Below, in pieces: positions 36,141-39,161 of a DNA stretch of 39,161 nt. The first letter of the stretch is position 1; the number at the start of each line of letters is the position of its first letter. Source of the DNA: a virus (lineage: Duplodnaviria; Caudoviricetes); the IMG/VR virus record IMGVR_UViG_3300038334_000131, positions 1 through 39,161 of that record. One strand, given 5' to 3'. The translations under genes were made by a program, and so were the position numbers. The notes under the pieces were generated by a model. It ran no database searches, had not been told where the DNA came from, and was given only the letters and a program-made list of their open reading frames with translations.

Positions 36141-36163
36141 CAAATATAAACTACATTATGTAG
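36141..36163 (-). promoter_or_regulatory. Early promoter (-7 box) with adjacent operator
   Basis: TATATTTG on the minus strand (36141-36148) next to palindrome CTACATTATGTAG (36151-36163). Confidence 0.75.
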
Positions 36164-36165
36164 AA

Positions 36166-36636
36166 ATGCAAGAAAAAAACACACAATATGTCGATTTAAT
36201 ACTACAAAAGGTAAAGTTAATGGCCGAATTAGACACCGACCAGGAGCTAGCCGACCTTTTTGGCACTAGGGCAGGAACAATTTCGGCCTGGCGAAATCGC
36301 AATTCAATAAACTACGATATGTTGATTAAAGTTTGTCAGGAAAAAGGATGGGACTTGAATTATATTTTAACAGTCGATAATGGTAACCTAAATGGTAATG
36401 TAAATGGTAACCTAAATCCAAACGTACACAAAAAGGTTACCATAAAAAGCGGTTCAATTGGCCAGGCCAACAATTATGGCAACAACGCCACGGTAAACAG
36501 CACCTTTGCAAACGAAAAAAGCCAAAAATACAACACTGAATTAGAGGTTCTTAAAGAGCAAAACCTCGCACAAAAACTCACCATAGCTAAGCTCGAGGGC
36601 CAGGTTGAGCTTTTAAAAAGTCTTCTCAACAAATAA
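36166..36636 (+). CDS. CI-like phage repressor (HTH plus coiled coil, no S24 peptidase domain)
   Basis: TDQELADLFGTRAGTISAWRNRNSI...DLNYILT. Confidence 0.88.
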   Translation: MQEKNTQYVDLILQKVKLMAELDTDQELADLFGTRAGTISAWRNRNSINYDMLIKVCQEKGWDLNYILTVDNGNLNGNVNGNLNPNVHKKVTIKSGSIGQANNYGNNATVNSTFANEKSQKYNTELEVLKEQNLAQKLTIAKLEGQVELLKSLLNK

Positions 36637-36686
36637 TATTATATACGAGCCTACGTTATTTTGTAAACACCCACAAATTAACGTAT

Positions 36687-36887
36687 ATGCCAACTATCAA
36701 CATTAATAAGCTCCACATTAATCAGCTAAATCTTGCCGATAATTTAACGCTTAACAATCACGAAATTAAAAGAGATTGCCACGGATGTCGGTCGGTATGT
36801 CCACGCTACCAGGAGTACATAAATAGCCTCAGGAATGAAATAATAAAGCTTAAGGAGGAGCTTATTATACTAGCAAATGGTAAATAG
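36687..36887 (+). CDS. Small Cys-containing coiled-coil protein
   Basis: CHGCRSVC followed by heptads; lies downstream of repressor. Confidence 0.6.
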   Translation: MPTININKLHINQLNLADNLTLNNHEIKRDCHGCRSVCPRYQEYINSLRNEIIKLKEELIILANGK

Positions 36888-36945
36888 GTGTTCAATACCT
36901 TTCAGAAAGTATTAAATAATTTACCCTGAATTATACTGAATGGAA

Positions 36946-37068
36946 AAAAGTGTACATTTGGAATTGGTGATAAGTTACCATTGAATAACGTGTAACTCTT
37001 TGTTATTGCTATCTTTGCTAAATAAACATTAACTATTTAAAAGTGTACATTTGGAATTAGGCCCCATA
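36946..37068 (-). repeat. Prophage end (Mu attL-equivalent) with two separated transposase-binding sites
   Basis: AAAAGTGTACATTTGGAATT at 36946-36965 and 37039-37058. Confidence 0.9.
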
Positions 37069-37070
37069 TA

Positions 37071-39161
37071 TTCATAGCTGTGGCACTATTCCTGGGGTAT
37101 GGATGCCAGCTAAAAAACGAATCGAAAAAATCTATGGAAAATCCCTTATTAAGCTCGTTTGAAACACCTTTTCAGGTTCCTCCTTTTGAACAGATAAAAC
37201 CGGAACACTACATGCCGGCTTTTTTAGAAGGTATGAAGCAGGAAAAAGCAGCGGTTGAAGCCATTATTACAACTACCGAAGCGCCAAGCTTCGAAAACAC
37301 CATTGAAGCTCTCGAAAACAGCGATGAACTGTTGAGCCGGGTAAGCAGCGTATTTTACAACCTGACTTCGGCAGCTACCAGCGACAAATTGGAAGTAATA
37401 TCGATGGAACTGGCACCCATTATGTCGGGACACAACGACGACATCCGTTTAAACGAAACCCTGTTTGCAAAGGTAAAAGCTGTTTACGACCAGCGCGAAG
37501 CCCTGGAATTAACTACCGAACAACTAACTTTGGTTGAAAACACCTACAAAAATTTTGTACGCGGCGGAGCCAATCTCAACGATGAAGCAAAAACCCGCTT
37601 CCGTGAAATCAATAAGGAATTATCGGTACTGTTCCTGAATTTTGGCCAGAATGTGTTAAAAGAAAACAACCGTTTTATGCTGGTTGTTGACAACGAAGCC
37701 GACCTTGCCGGCCTTTCTTCAACCTCGATAGCTGCTGCTACCCAAAAAGCCAATGAAAAAAACCTGGAAGGCAAATGGGTATTTACCATTCACAAACCCA
37801 GTCTGCTCCCCTTCCTGGCCAACGCCGAAAACCGCGATTTACGTCAGAAAATGTTTGAAGCATACATAAACAAAGCCAATTACGACGATTCGCTCGACAA
37901 CAAGGCTATTATTAATGACATTGTAAACCTGCGTATCGAGAAAGCCCAATTGCTGGGTTACGAAAACTTTTCGGCCTATATTTTAGACAAAAACATGGCT
38001 AAAAATGCCGATAATGTTTACAAACTGCTCGATCAAATCATGCCCAACGCCCTACGGGTGGCAAAAAAAGAAGTAGCCGACATGCAACATATGATTACTG
38101 CCGATGGACACAACTTTAAACTGGCCCCCTGGGATTACGATTTCTATGCTACAAAAGTAAAACAGCAAAAATTTGCTTTAAACGAAAACGAAATCCGTCC
38201 TTACCTGAAACTGGATAATGTTCGCGATGGTATGTTTTGGGTAGCCAACCAACTATACGGAATCAGTTTTACTCAGCTCGAAAACATGCCGGTTTACCAT
38301 CCCGAAGTAGAAGTTTTTGAAGTAAAAGAAGAAAACGGTGACCATTTGGGCATTTTATATATGGATTATCACCCACGCGAGTCGAAGCGTTCGGGAGCCT
38401 GGTGCACCAGTTACCGCTCACAGAAATACGAAAATGGGGAACGTGTGGCTCCGGTCATGTCGATTGTTTGCAATTTCTCTGCACCAACAGCCGATGCTCC
38501 GGCCTTATTAACGGTTGACGAAACAGAAACCCTGTTCCACGAATTTGGACACGCTCTCGACGGCTTATTTGCCAACAAGCATTACTCAAGTTTGCGCACC
38601 CCGCGCGATTTTGTGGAATTGCCTTCTCAAATTATGGAACACTGGGCTTTTGAACCCGAAGTACTGAACCATTATGCCAAACATTACCAAACCGGCGAAT
38701 CGATGCCTGCCGAATTAATAACAAAAATAGAGAAAGCCGGTAAATTCAACCAGGGTTTTGCCACCACCGAATACCTGGCGGCTTCGTACCTCGATTTGGA
38801 CTGGCATACCCAAACCCAGGTTCAGGATTGGGATGTTAATGCATTTGAAGCAGCCTCGATGAAAAAAATAAAAATGATAGACGAAATTGTTCCCCGCTAC
38901 CGCAGCCCCTATTTCCTTCATGTGTTCTCAGGCGACGGATATGCTTCAGCTTACTACAGCTACATCTGGGCCGAAGTACTCGACGCCGATGCCTTTGAAG
39001 CCTTTAAGGAACATGGTATTTTCGATAAAAATACGGCCAGTGCTTTCCGAACCAATGTATTGGAATTGGGTGGAACTGAAGATGCGATGGAATTGTATAA
39101 AAAATTCCGTGGTTCAGAACCCGGCATCCAACCTTTACTAAATAACAGAGGTCTTAACTAA
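37071..39161 (+). CDS. dcp: M3 metallopeptidase (peptidyl-dipeptidase Dcp-like), 5'-truncated by prophage insertion
   Basis: NPLL, KRSGAW, TLFHEFGHAL, DFVELPSQ, YYSYIWAEVLDADAF. Confidence 0.92.
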   Translation, partial: FIAVALFLGYGCQLKNESKKSMENPLLSSFETPFQVPPFEQIKPEHYMPAFLEGMKQEKAAVEAIITTTEAPSFENTIEALENSDELLSRVSSVFYNLTSAATSDKLEVISMELAPIMSGHNDDIRLNETLFAKVKAVYDQREALELTTEQLTLVENTYKNFVRGGANLNDEAKTRFREINKELSVLFLNFGQNVLKENNRFMLVVDNEADLAGLSSTSIAAATQKANEKNLEGKWVFTIHKPSLLPFLANAENRDLRQKMFEAYINKANYDDSLDNKAIINDIVNLRIEKAQLLGYENFSAYILDKNMAKNADNVYKLLDQIMPNALRVAKKEVADMQHMITADGHNFKLAPWDYDFYATKVKQQKFALNENEIRPYLKLDNVRDGMFWVANQLYGISFTQLENMPVYHPEVEVFEVKEENGDHLGILYMDYHPRESKRSGAWCTSYRSQKYENGERVAPVMSIVCNFSAPTADAPALLTVDETETLFHEFGHALDGLFANKHYSSLRTPRDFVELPSQIMEHWAFEPEVLNHYAKHYQTGESMPAELITKIEKAGKFNQGFATTEYLAASYLDLDWHTQTQVQDWDVNAFEAASMKKIKMIDEIVPRYRSPYFLHVFSGDGYASAYYSYIWAEVLDADAFEAFKEHGIFDKNTASAFRTNVLELGGTEDAMELYKKFRGSEPGIQPLLNNRGLN

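Larger units (their letters stand above)
3598..37068 (-). mobile_element. Mu-like transposable prophage, apparently complete
   Basis: DDE transposase, MuB ATPase, repressor/Ner, terminase, DUF935-type portal, MuF, capsid and tail genes; terminal inverted 20-mers; target duplication inside a host gene. Confidence 0.95.

Noticed and set aside
37061-37071. Canonical CA terminus at 37065-37066
   Set aside because: Would require TATAT followed by TG at the other junction, which is absent
1403-39141. Numerous short antisense or alternate-frame ORFs in the track (e.g. 16611..17090, 21525..22004, 32056..32529, 34479..35018)
   Set aside because: Shadows of well-supported genes, with no recognisable motifs

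Overview
Bacteroidetes-type chromosome segment (TAnnTTTG promoters, AT-rich translation starts) carrying an apparently complete ~33.5 kb Mu-like transposable siphovirus prophage at ~3598-37068, with the repressor/transposase end on the right. The prophage is inserted into the lipoprotein signal-peptide codons of a host M3 (Dcp-like) peptidase gene, whose first codons (3578-3597) and remaining body (37069-39161) rejoin in frame. Host genes at the left are a TonB-C-like protein, a hypothetical protein and a hybrid histidine kinase. The prophage has repressor/Ner/DDE transposase/MuB early genes, two divergent late operons, a lysis cassette, tail genes with PKD/LRR adhesins, and a Dam-like methylase in the Mu mom position. 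The most notable unexplained signal is a promoter-driven, highly structured ~130 nt RNA at 4418-4547. It is complementary to the hairpin that occludes the methylase translation start, and also to the start codon of a small gene beside the repressor. Other signals are a portal-MuF programmed frameshift, a non-canonical tail-chaperone frameshift, TAT...ATA termini, a dispersed CTACA-N3-TGTAG operator, an attC-like cassette, a tRNA minihelix and a capsid protein with a hydrophobic leader. All calls come from reading the sequence by eye; no searches were run.
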